32,578 nt of DNA from a bacterium (GCA_044869275.1 JBIOXB010000029.1:1-32578); one strand, 5' to 3'; positions 1 through 8,552 are shown, counted from the first letter of the stretch. The notes: generated by a model not told the origin, from the sequence alone. Numbers and translations are program-made.

Positions 1-2
1 AA

Positions 3-539
3 GGCTGGAGCCACGAGGCGATTGTACATTCGCCCGGCATTCTTGTGCCAGAAGTGCCGCAGCAAAGGAATCTTCCTCCGGGCAAAATATGGCAACGGGG
101 TGACTTTTTTTTCACGGCATTGGCGGCATATCGCATTCGTGCGCGTGTTTTGGGCGTGGAGCCCTATTGGTTTGGGCGTGAGAGCAAAGTGTCGCCAGTC
201 GATCTCGCCCTGGGCTGGGGGCCGATGTCGGACCAAAGCATACTGGCGCACATCAAAATCTCACAGCACCACCGCTGGTATTATTGGAAGGCGAAAACAC
301 TGCCGCTGCCGCGCGAGGAGCTGATCGCCAGCAGCGCGAACGTGCACATCATTCCCGCCAATGAAGAAATCGCCGAGCAGCTCGACTTCATTCAAACCGG
401 TAACATCCTACAGTTGCAAGGCCATTTGGTCACCGTACAAACCGGTGAGGGCTGGCGGTGGCGCAGCTCCTTGAGCCGCACGGACACTGGCAATGGCGCG
501 TGCGAGATTTTTTGGGTTGAGCAATTGGTGGTCGAATAG
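3..539 (+). CDS. Conserved hypothetical protein, 5'-partial (frame is open to the window edge)
   Basis: Frame 3 is open from base 3 (GWSHEAIVHSPGILVPEVPQQ...). It contains SPVDLALGWG, SANVHIIPA and SSLSRTDTGNGACE, motifs I recall from a widespread uncharacterised family. Confidence 0.75.
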   Translation, partial: GWSHEAIVHSPGILVPEVPQQRNLPPGKIWQRGDFFFTALAAYRIRARVLGVEPYWFGRESKVSPVDLALGWGPMSDQSILAHIKISQHHRWYYWKAKTLPLPREELIASSANVHIIPANEEIAEQLDFIQTGNILQLQGHLVTVQTGEGWRWRSSLSRTDTGNGACEIFWVEQLVVE

Positions 540-960
540 GCTCAATGCTTCATTACTTCTGTCATCCCGACCCTACAGTATTGCCTCGAGGCAAGCTGGC
601 AAAGCGCTGGTGACGCGACGCCGACAAAAGTCATTGAGTTTTTCGCAAAACTCCTGTGCTTGCGGTATAGATGTATGAAACCTCACGCGCAAAATCGCAG
701 AGTAAGAATATTCTGTGAGGGAAGGATTCCCACCGAGGACGGACCCTCCTTATTTTTCCAAAATCTCCAACGTTGCAAACCATTCTCTCTCTTGGCTGCG
801 AGGGGGAGTATCGTTTAACCCTTTGCGGCGCTCGCTCCATTTTTCCAGCGTAAGTCTTTCTTCCTTTGCTCGAGGGCGCCCGCGCGGTGAATGGCGTTCA
901 AACGAATTCATGTTTACGCCATTCCCTTGATATTCCATGGTTTTCTTTCGGAGGCTTGTC

Positions 961-3900
961 ATGTCAAATGCTACTGGCTGCGCCTATAGCCATCGTAGAT
1001 TCAAATCGCTGGGCTGGGCGGTGTGCAGCGTGCTGTGTTGCCTGCTTTTTTCGCCCGAGCTTTATGCCATATCACAGCCACCGGCGGCGCCGAGCGCGCT
1101 GGCGGCGAACGCTGCAAGCAGCAGCCAGATTGATCTCGTGTGGACGGACAATTCCAACAACGAAGATGGATTCATCATCCAGCGCAGCACAACTTCAGGC
1201 AGTGGCTTTATCGATGTCGACACGGTAGCTGTGAACGAAACGAGCTTCTCAGATGTAGGACTGAGCGAAAAAACCACATATTATTATCTCGTGGCCGCCT
1301 ACAAGACGAATGACAGATCCAACTCCGGCGAAGCGAATGCCACTACACTGCTGGCGGCGCCAAGCAGTCTGAACGCCACGACCGCGAGCAACACGCAAAT
1401 CAATCTCACCTGGACCGACAATTCCGGCATTGAGGACGGCTTCAAAATCGAGCTCAAAACCGGAGCGGGAGGCACATATGCGCAAATTGCGACCGTAGGC
1501 GCGAATGCAATCAGTTATGGCAGCAATGGCTTGAATCCCAACACGACCTACTATTTCCGCGTGCGCGCTTTCGATGGAGGCGACAATTCGGCTTATTCCA
1601 ACGAAGACAGCGCCACGACGCATCCCAATCCGCCGGCTGCGCCTGGCGATTTGACCGCGACCGCCGTGAGCAATAGTCAGATCAATTTGGCGTGGACGGA
1701 CAACTCAAGCAATGAGACCGGCTTCAAAATCGAGCGCAAACTCACGTCGGCGGTCAATTTCACCCAAATCGATACCGTGGCGGCGGGCGTGACCAGCTAT
1801 GCCAGCACGGGTCTGGCCACGACCACGAGTTACACTTATCGCGTGCGCGCCTACAACGCGGGCGGCAATTCGGCTTATTCCAACCAAGCGAGCGCCACGA
1901 CGTTGATTGATCCGCCGCCCGCGCCCAGCGGGCTGACAGCGACGACGGCGAGCAACAATCAAATCAATCTGAGCTGGGTGGATAACGCCTCGACGGAGAC
2001 TGGCTTTCGCATCCAGCGCAAGACCGGTGCCGGCGGCACGTATGCGCTCATCGCGTCGGTGGGCGCGAATGTTACGATTTATGCCAGCACTGGTTTGAGC
2101 GGCAACACGGAGTATTTCTACCGCGTGCGCGCGTACAACGCGGGAGGGCAATCAGCCTTTTCCGGTGAGGACAACGCGACCACGCTCGAAGATCCGCCGG
2201 CGGCGCCCGGCAATTTGCGAGCCACGGCCGTGAGCAATGAACAAGTCGATCTCGTGTGGACGGATCTTTCGGTTAACGAAGCCGGCTTCAAAATCGAAGT
2301 CAAAGCCGGCGCCGGCGGCACCTATGCCCAGCTGGCGACGAACGGCGCGAACGACAGTACGTTTACGAGCACGGGCCTCGAGGCTGATACGGAGTATTTC
2401 TATCGCGTGCGCGCTTTCAATGGCACCGGCAACTCGTCCTATTCCAACGAAGACAGCGCCACCACTCTGCCGGAGCCGCCGGAAGCGCCGAGCAATTTAA
2501 GCGCAACCGCCGTGAGCAATACCGGGATCGATCTCGCGTGGAACGACAACTCGAACAACGAAGACGGCTTCAAAATCGAACGCAAATTGACCTCCACCGT
2601 CACGTTTTCCCAAATTGCCACCGTGGCTGCGAATGTGACAAGTTATGCGAGCACAGGGTTGCTTGCAGACACGAGTTATACATATCGTGTGCGTGCCTAC
2701 AACGCGGCCGGCCATTCGGCTTATTCGGCAGAAGCCAGCGCCACCACGCTGCCGAATCCACCTGCCGCGCCGAGCGGCCTGAACGCCACCACCGTGAGCA
2801 ATACTGAAATCGATCTCGCGTGGAATGATAATTCCGGCAGCGAGACCGGTTTTCGCATCGAGCGCAAAGCCGCGGGTGATGCCGCGTTTACAGAGATCGC
2901 CACGACCGGCGCGGGCACGACGAATTATGCGAGTACCGGCCTGAGCGGCAGCACCGAGTATTTTTATCGCGTGCGCGCCTACAACACCGGCGGCAACTCG
3001 AGTTACTCGAATGGGGCGAGTGCCACGACTCAGCCGGATCCACTGGCCGCGCCGAGCGGCTTGAGCGCAAACACGGTCAGCAGCTCGCAGATCGATCTCG
3101 CTTGGATCGACAACTCGAACAACGACGCGGGCTTCAAGATCGAGCGCAGAATTCCCTCCACACCGAGCTTTACCATGATTGCAATCGTCGGCGCCAATGT
3201 GACGAGTTATGCGAACACGGGCTTGGCAGGGAGTACGATCTACATTTACCGTGTCCGCGCCTATAACGCCTTTGTGCATTCGGGTTATTCCAATGTGGCC
3301 CGCGATACGACCTTGCTCGCGGCACCCGCCGCGCCGGGCAGTCTGATCGCCACGGCGGCAACCAACACGCAAATCAATCTCGCCTGGACGGATAACGCCA
3401 ACGACGAGATTGGTTTCAAGATTGAGCGCAAGCGGGAGAGCGATAGCGCATATGCGGAAATAGCAGCAATCGGCGCGAATATTACCAACTACGCCAGCAC
3501 GGGTTTGAACGGGAATGTCGTCTATCACTATCGTGTGCGGGCTTTCAATGCTGGCGGCCATTCGGCTTATTCCAATGCCGACAGCGCGTTGACCCTGTTG
3601 AAGGCTCCTTCCAATTTGGCGGCCACGGCAATCAGCGGCAGCCAGATTGATCTCACCTGGATCGATGGCATCTCCAATGAATCCGGCTTCAAAATCGAGC
3701 GCAAAACGGGCGTGGCAGGTGTGTATGCCCAGATCGCTATGGTCGCGGCGAACGCGACCAGCTACTCGAACACCGGATTGGCGGCCAGCACTGAGTATTT
3801 CTATCGTGTGCGCGCTTTTAGCGCGATCAATATCTCGCCTTACTCCAACGAGGACGGCGCCACGACTCAGGAGGTTCCGGCCGCACCGGACAGCCTCACT

Positions 3901-5310
3901 GCCACAGCCGTGAGCAACACGCAGATCGACCTCTCGTGGCTGGACCAATCGTCCAACGAGGATAGCTTCAAGATCGAGCGCAAGACCGGAGTTGCAGGCA
4001 CGTTTGCGCAAATTGCAGCAGTGGGGCCGAACGTGACGAGCTATGCCAACACCACCGGTTTGAACGCGAATGTCACGTATTTCTACCGCGTGCGCGCCTA
4101 CAACTCCGGTGATCATTCGATTTATTCCAACCAAGCGAGCGCGAAGACCTTGATGAAGGGCCCCACGAATTTGACCGCCGCGGCGGTCAGCGGCAGCCAG
4201 ATCGACCTCAACTGGGCGGATGGCGTCGCGAACGAGACCGGCTTCAAAATCGAGCGCAAGACCAGCCCGGCGGGCACATATGCGGAAATTGCAACGCTTG
4301 CTGCCAACGCCATAAGCTATTCGAATACCGGATTGTCGGCCGGCACGCAGTACTATTATCGCGTGCGCGCCTTCAACGCGAGCAGCACTTCGGCCTATTC
4401 GAACGAGGATGAAGCGACCACCCTGGGTGTGCCGCTCGCGCCGGACAGTCTCACCGCCACCGCGGTGAGCAACGCGCAGATCAATCTCACCTGGCTGGAT
4501 CAGTCGTCTGATGAAGACGGTTTCAAGATCGAGCGCAAGACTGGAGTCGCGGGCACGTTCGCACAAATTGCGGCGGTGGGCCCCAATGTGACGAGCTACG
4601 CGAACACCACCGGCTTGAGCGCGAATGTCTATTACATTTACCGCGTGCGGGCGCACAACTCCGGCGGCCATTCGAGTTATTCCAATGAAGCTGGAGCGAA
4701 GACTCTAATCAAGGAACCTGCAAATCTAGTGGCCACCGCCATCACCAACAGCCAAATTGATCTGACGTGGAAGGATCAATCCGCGAACGAAACCGGCTTT
4801 AAGATTGAGCGCAAAACCGGACTCGCAGGCACGTTCGCCGAGATCGTCACACTGGGTGCAAACGCGACGAGCTACTCGGATACCGGCCTGGCCACGGGCA
4901 CGCAATATTTTTATCGCGTGCGCGCGTTTAACGCGGTCAACGTCTCAGCCTATTCGAATGAAGATGAAGCCACGACTTCTGGGCCTGCCAAGTCCAGCCC
5001 AGCGGACACCAGTGCGATAGTGGGGGACAAGGGTGCAGCGATTCCCGAGGGCATCGCGCTTGCGCCAAACTATCCCAACCCCTTCAACCCTTCGACCACG
5101 GTTTCCTTTACGCTGGCCGAAGGCATGCACGTGAAGCTCTCCGTGATCAACGTGCAAGGCCAGGTCGTCGAGGTCTTGGTGAATGGCTATCGTGCCGCGG
5201 GCACGCATCGCAAAACTTTCAAGGCGGCAGACTTGCCTTCCGGCGTTTATTACGCAGTTCTCAAGGCAGGCGCGATGACGCGGGTGCAAAGCATGTTATT
5301 GACAAAGTAG
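961..5310 (+). CDS. Secreted fibronectin type III repeat protein (14 FN3 domains) with T9SS/Por-type C-terminal sorting domain
   Basis: GGAGG at 950-954 precedes ATG 961. Hydrophobic signal-like N-terminus, 14 copies of L.W.D.S.NE.GF.I...Y.YRVRA.N, and C-terminal PNYPNPFNPSTTVSF...LPSGVYY...MLLTK. Confidence 0.92.
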   Translation: MSNATGCAYSHRRFKSLGWAVCSVLCCLLFSPELYAISQPPAAPSALAANAASSSQIDLVWTDNSNNEDGFIIQRSTTSGSGFIDVDTVAVNETSFSDVGLSEKTTYYYLVAAYKTNDRSNSGEANATTLLAAPSSLNATTASNTQINLTWTDNSGIEDGFKIELKTGAGGTYAQIATVGANAISYGSNGLNPNTTYYFRVRAFDGGDNSAYSNEDSATTHPNPPAAPGDLTATAVSNSQINLAWTDNSSNETGFKIERKLTSAVNFTQIDTVAAGVTSYASTGLATTTSYTYRVRAYNAGGNSAYSNQASATTLIDPPPAPSGLTATTASNNQINLSWVDNASTETGFRIQRKTGAGGTYALIASVGANVTIYASTGLSGNTEYFYRVRAYNAGGQSAFSGEDNATTLEDPPAAPGNLRATAVSNEQVDLVWTDLSVNEAGFKIEVKAGAGGTYAQLATNGANDSTFTSTGLEADTEYFYRVRAFNGTGNSSYSNEDSATTLPEPPEAPSNLSATAVSNTGIDLAWNDNSNNEDGFKIERKLTSTVTFSQIATVAANVTSYASTGLLADTSYTYRVRAYNAAGHSAYSAEASATTLPNPPAAPSGLNATTVSNTEIDLAWNDNSGSETGFRIERKAAGDAAFTEIATTGAGTTNYASTGLSGSTEYFYRVRAYNTGGNSSYSNGASATTQPDPLAAPSGLSANTVSSSQIDLAWIDNSNNDAGFKIERRIPSTPSFTMIAIVGANVTSYANTGLAGSTIYIYRVRAYNAFVHSGYSNVARDTTLLAAPAAPGSLIATAATNTQINLAWTDNANDEIGFKIERKRESDSAYAEIAAIGANITNYASTGLNGNVVYHYRVRAFNAGGHSAYSNADSALTLLKAPSNLAATAISGSQIDLTWIDGISNESGFKIERKTGVAGVYAQIAMVAANATSYSNTGLAASTEYFYRVRAFSAINISPYSNEDGATTQEVPAAPDSLTATAVSNTQIDLSWLDQSSNEDSFKIERKTGVAGTFAQIAAVGPNVTSYANTTGLNANVTYFYRVRAYNSGDHSIYSNQASAKTLMKGPTNLTAAAVSGSQIDLNWADGVANETGFKIERKTSPAGTYAEIATLAANAISYSNTGLSAGTQYYYRVRAFNASSTSAYSNEDEATTLGVPLAPDSLTATAVSNAQINLTWLDQSSDEDGFKIERKTGVAGTFAQIAAVGPNVTSYANTTGLSANVYYIYRVRAHNSGGHSSYSNEAGAKTLIKEPANLVATAITNSQIDLTWKDQSANETGFKIERKTGLAGTFAEIVTLGANATSYSDTGLATGTQYFYRVRAFNAVNVSAYSNEDEATTSGPAKSSPADTSAIVGDKGAAIPEGIALAPNYPNPFNPSTTVSFTLAEGMHVKLSVINVQGQVVEVLVNGYRAAGTHRKTFKAADLPSGVYYAVLKAGAMTRVQSMLLTK

Positions 5311-5341
5311 ATACGAACTGGATTCTGGTGATAAAAAATTA

Positions 5342-5374
5342 AAGGCAGGTTGTGCCACGCGCGCAGCCTGCCTT
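5342..5374. terminator. Hairpin downstream of the FN3 gene (putative terminator)
   Basis: aaggcaggttgtgc (5342-5355) pairs with gcgcagcctgcctt (5361-5374) using G-U pairs. The U tail is short. Confidence 0.5.
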
Positions 5375-5387
5375 AAGATAGTTGCGC

Positions 5388-5417
5388 TTGACTTTGCGGC
5401 GGGGCTTGCTTTATTCT
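5388..5417 (+). promoter_or_regulatory. Putative sigma70-type promoter for corA
   Basis: TTGACT-N18-TATTCT followed by a strong AGGAGGAGG RBS. The same hexamer pair occurs upstream of nuoA. Confidence 0.45.
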
Positions 5418-5440
5418 CATGTGACAGGAGGAGGCCTTTC

Positions 5441-6505
5441 ATGTCGAGATCGAAAAAACGCAAAGCCAAGCAGGCAGGCTTGCCACCGGGCACGTTGATT
5501 CACGTGGGTGAACAGAAAACCGCGCGCATCAAAATCACGTTGACGAATTACGACGAAACCGGCGTCCGCGAAAAGGAAATAAAGGCGGCGGAGGAATGTT
5601 TTCCGTTTCGCGATCTGTCTGCCGTCACCTGGATCAACATCGACGGATTGCATGACGTAGAGACCATCGCCAAGATCGGCCAGCATTTCGGCCTACATCC
5701 GCTGGTGCTGGAAGACATTGTCAATACCGAGCAACGCCCTAAGCTGGAGGACTTCGGCCAGTATATTTTCATCGTCACGAAGATGCTGAGCTACGATGAA
5801 AAACTGGACAAAATCCAGGCCGAGCAGATCAGCTTCGTGCTGGGCTCGAATTTCGTGATCACGTTTCAGGAGGGCGGCGAAGACGATTTCGCTCCAGTGC
5901 GGGCGCGCTTGAAAAATGAAAATAGCCGCCTGCGCAAGATGGGGGTTGATTATCTCCTTTATACGCTGATCGATGCTGTTGTTGACCGTTATTTTGTGGT
6001 GCTGGAAAAGACCGGCGAGAAAATCGAGGAAGTCGAAGAGCTGCTGTTGTCTCTGCACGCGCAAGCCAACCTGCACAGGATTCACGATCTGCGCCGCCAG
6101 ATGATTCTCTTGCGCAAGGCCATCTGGCCGCTGCGCGAAGTCATCACCGCGCTGGCACGCCGGGAAACGCCGCTGATCCAAGAGACAACGGCGATCTATC
6201 TGCGCGACGTTTACGATCACACCGTGCGCTTGATCGACACCGTGGAAAGCAATCGTGAATTGCTTTCGGTGCTGATGGATATTTATCTCACCAGTCTCAG
6301 CAATCGCATGAATGAAGTGATGAAAGTCTTGACGATCATTTCGACCATCTTCATGCCGCTGACCTTCATTGCCGGCATTTATGGCATGAATTTCGAGCAC
6401 ATGCCGGAATTGCGCTGGCGCTGGGGCTATCCGCTCATCCTGGCGCTGATGTTCTTATTGGGAATCGGGATGCTGATCTTTTTCAAAAAGCGCAAGTGGA
6501 TTTGA
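5441..6505 (+). CDS. corA: Magnesium/cobalt transporter CorA
   Basis: GLPPGTL N-terminus, HPLVLEDI, QRPKLED, and two C-terminal TM helices with the signature GIYGMNF..MPEL. Confidence 0.96.
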   Translation: MSRSKKRKAKQAGLPPGTLIHVGEQKTARIKITLTNYDETGVREKEIKAAEECFPFRDLSAVTWINIDGLHDVETIAKIGQHFGLHPLVLEDIVNTEQRPKLEDFGQYIFIVTKMLSYDEKLDKIQAEQISFVLGSNFVITFQEGGEDDFAPVRARLKNENSRLRKMGVDYLLYTLIDAVVDRYFVVLEKTGEKIEEVEELLLSLHAQANLHRIHDLRRQMILLRKAIWPLREVITALARRETPLIQETTAIYLRDVYDHTVRLIDTVESNRELLSVLMDIYLTSLSNRMNEVMKVLTIISTIFMPLTFIAGIYGMNFEHMPELRWRWGYPLILALMFLLGIGMLIFFKKRKWI

Positions 6506-6515
6506 CTCCTCGCTT

Positions 6516-6869
6516 ATGCCCGCTATGTCAGATTATTTTTTGACCATCGATGTTGCCCATCCGCCGCGGCCACCTGCGCGTGTGGAAGCCGAGCTGCAAG
6601 CCGCGCTGATGCAGGTGCGGAACTCGAAGCAATGGCGGGTGATAAAAGTCATTCACGGCTACGGCAGCCACGGCAAGGGAGGCTCGACCAGGGAAACCGT
6701 GCGCGATTGGGCTTATAGATTCCGCCGCCATTTCCGCGCGATAATTAACGGAGAGGATTACAGCATCTTCGATGACGACACCCAGGCGATGCGTGGAGAG
6801 TGCGGCCAACTTGGCGATACTGACTTGGGCGCCTCCAATCCCGGTATTACCATTTTCTGGGTCAAATAG
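6516..6869 (+). CDS. Small stand-alone Smr-domain protein (start may be 6525)
   Basis: T.IDVAH...VIKVIHGYGSHGKGG...NPGITIFW resembles the Smr motifs (LDLH, IHG.G, G.T.V.L). Confidence 0.75.
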   Translation: MPAMSDYFLTIDVAHPPRPPARVEAELQAALMQVRNSKQWRVIKVIHGYGSHGKGGSTRETVRDWAYRFRRHFRAIINGEDYSIFDDDTQAMRGECGQLGDTDLGASNPGITIFWVK

Positions 6870-7037
6870 CGGAGGGCAGAGGGCATGGCGCATAGCGCAT
6901 AGCGCGGAGGGCAAAGAGCGGGGGGCAGAGCGCAAAGCATGGATCGCTGTCTGCTTGATCTCTGCCCTCAGCCTTTTGCTCTCTGCCCTCTGCCCTCCGC
7001 GCCATGCGCTTTGCTCTCTGCCCCTCCGCCCTCTGCT
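6869..7037. repeat. Head-to-head 7-bp tandem repeat palindrome
   Basis: About 10 units such as gcggagg/gcagagg/gcatggc/gcatagc (6869-6938), a short spacer, then about 10 complementary units such as gccctct/gctctct/gcgccat. Confidence 0.85.
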
Positions 7038-7114
7038 GATTTCCAGCCCAAAATTGGCACATTGAAGTTTCAATTTCGTTTTTGCAATTCGAAATCGCAA
7101 GACTGTCTCACTCT

Positions 7115-7129
7115 GCAAACACATTTTGC
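7115..7129. promoter_or_regulatory. Candidate enhancer (bEBP upstream activator site)
   Basis: Inverted repeat GCAAA-N5-TTTGC about 135-150 bp upstream of the sigma54 motif, a typical UAS distance. Confidence 0.35.
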
Positions 7130-7199
7130 CCACTAAATCTTGCCCCTGTTGCGATCGTAATAGACTATAGGTATGTCCCCGCGTTTTTCATATTCGAAA

Positions 7200-7212
7200 A
7201 AACAATGGTTTG
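7200..7212 (+). promoter_or_regulatory. Candidate IHF site
   Basis: AAACAATGGTTTG has one mismatch to WATCAANNNNTTR. It lies in an AT-rich stretch between the candidate UAS and the sigma54 promoter. Confidence 0.35.
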
Positions 7213-7260
7213 TGGTGGCTGCCACAAAAAACTCTCGTCTAAAGAGAAAATCGGAACGTT

Positions 7261-7276
7261 CGGCACGTCACTTGCT
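7261..7276 (+). promoter_or_regulatory. Sigma54 (RpoN) -24/-12 promoter
   Basis: CGGCACGTCACTTGCT: GG (7262-63)-N10-GC (7274-75) matches TGGCACG-N4-TTGCW at all but the first base. Predicted start is about 7287. Confidence 0.75.
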
Positions 7277-7286
7277 TAGACATAAA

Positions 7287-7874
7287 GTAGATTGGCGCTG
7301 ATCAGGACGGCGAGCGACAGTCTGATGGCGTCCACGGAAATGCGTGGCTGGTTTCAAGATGATTGGAATTGCTTGGGCGAATAAGGATGTTCGCGGTAAA
7401 GCACCACGCAGAGGGACGCTTGGCAATCGCCTGAACGGGCAAATGCCTTTATCAACGCGACAGGATGTTCGCGGCATTCCGTCCGGCCCAATGGCGCGGG
7501 TCAACTCAAACTTGAGTGGCTAGAGCTCCTCCTTCATGGCGAGCAAGGACGTTCGCCGATTCCGCGCCTGAGCCGGACGCCGATTTCAAGATTCACACGG
7601 TCGCGCTGAGAAGGATGATCAGCGCGTTGCTCCTGAGTCCGGCAATGCTGTGCAGGGATGCTATCAGCATTGTGGCATGAACACCTCGCCGCTGAGTGCA
7701 AGCTCAACGGTTCTTTTCCCGAATGCATTGCCGGACAGCCAATCTCGAATTTCTGCGAATCCTGCGGGGTATCGTAGAATTTTCATATAGATTCACGCGC
7801 CTTAACCGGCGCGTGCTGATTGTGGCTCCCCCTCACAGCCAAGAGGCTCGGGTCGAATGACCCGGGCCTTTTTT
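7287..7874 (+). ncRNA. Putative CsrB/RsmZ-like GGA-repeat small RNA
   Basis: No credible ORF. Bounded by a sigma54 promoter and an intrinsic terminator. Eight GGAYG motifs (GG starting at 7305, 7385, 7414, 7463, 7547, 7575, 7613, 7656), six of them at apices of predicted stems. Confidence 0.7.
7844..7874 (+). terminator. Rho-independent terminator
   Basis: aggctcgggtc-gaat-gacccgggcct followed by a T run on the + strand. It abuts the stop codon of the convergent thioredoxin-fold gene. Confidence 0.85.
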
Positions 7875-8436
7875 ATTCTGACGCCTTCCACTTGATATTG
7901 CACCCCATACTCGGCTTTTGCTCCGCACTCACCGGTTTGCCCTCCAGAACGTTATCCAGCGCCGCGCGCATGTCTTTGCCGGTCACGGGGATATTATTTT
8001 TCGGCCGGGAATCGTCACATTGCCCGCGATAGACGAGACGCAGCGCCCCATCAAAAATGTAGAAATCCGGCGTGCACGCGGCTTGATACGCTCGGGCAAC
8101 GTCTTGCGATTCGTCAAACAGATAGGGGAAAGGATAGTTCAGGTGCAATGCGACTTCCTTCATTTTCTGCGGCGAATCTTCGGGATAAGCGACGACATCG
8201 TTTGAGCTGATCGCAATAAATGAAATGCCCCTCGCCTGATAGTCCTGGGCCAAGCGTATCAGTTCGTGCTGCACATGCTTGACATAAGGACAATGATTGC
8301 AGATGAACATCATCACGGTGGCAATGTTCGATTTCAAATCCGCCAATGACAGCCATTTCCCGCTAACGGTATCCGGTAGCTTGAATTCTGGGGCAATGGT
8401 GCCAAGCGGCAGCATGGTGGATGGGGTTTGGGCCAT
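7873..8436 (-). CDS. Thioredoxin-fold / AhpC-TSA (PRX-like) family protein
   Basis: APEFKLPD, FICNHCPYVKH, AISSND, YPFPYLFDESQ.VARAY.AACTPDF, SMGCNIKWK; GGAGG RBS. Confidence 0.92.
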   Translation of the reverse strand: MAQTPSTMLPLGTIAPEFKLPDTVSGKWLSLADLKSNIATVMMFICNHCPYVKHVQHELIRLAQDYQARGISFIAISSNDVVAYPEDSPQKMKEVALHLNYPFPYLFDESQDVARAYQAACTPDFYIFDGALRLVYRGQCDDSRPKNNIPVTGKDMRAALDNVLEGKPVSAEQKPSMGCNIKWKASE

Positions 8437-8476
8437 GATAGCCTCCGCATGTACAGGATAACAGATTTTCAGTCGA

Positions 8477-8549
8477 ACTCTTGCTCTTACTCTCCTGCAA
8501 GACCCTTAAAAGCGAGTAAGAGCAAGAGTAGGAGGGAGAGCACGAGCAT
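8477..8549. repeat. 6-bp-period inverted repeat
   Basis: actcttgctcttactc (8477-8492) and its perfect reverse complement gagtaagagcaagagt (8514-8529), followed by further GAGYAN-like units. Confidence 0.75.
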
Positions 8550-8552
8550 CTA

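Noticed and set aside
775..815. GCAAACCATTC resembling the start of a c-di-GMP-I riboswitch
   Set aside because: The GAAA tetraloop and downstream GACGCAAAGC and P2 elements are missing.
2497..4671. 724-aa minus-strand ORF
   Set aside because: Antisense shadow of the repetitive FN3 gene, with no recognisable motifs.
7055..7070. TGGCAC as a second sigma54 site
   Set aside because: There is no GC at the required -12 position.
6528..7133. Several overlapping ORFs across the heptamer repeat
   Set aside because: Low-complexity translations of the repeat (ALCPLP, AEGRG), not credible proteins.
7377..7557. AGGAYGTTCGC repeated at about 78-84 nt spacing, considered as a CRISPR array
   Set aside because: The repeats are only about 11-13 nt, there are three copies, and no cas genes are present; GGA hairpins explain them better.
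7268..7728. Short minus-strand ORFs (78 and 64 aa) in the candidate sRNA region
   Set aside because: No recognisable motifs or convincing RBS; the promoter, terminator and motif bias all point to a + strand RNA.
7287..7874. tmRNA, RNase P, 6S or SRP identity for the non-coding unit
   Set aside because: I could not find tRNA-like GGGG...CCACCA ends, the RNase P GAGGAAAGTCC motif, or an SRP/6S-like single rod of the right size. An Rfam scan should confirm.
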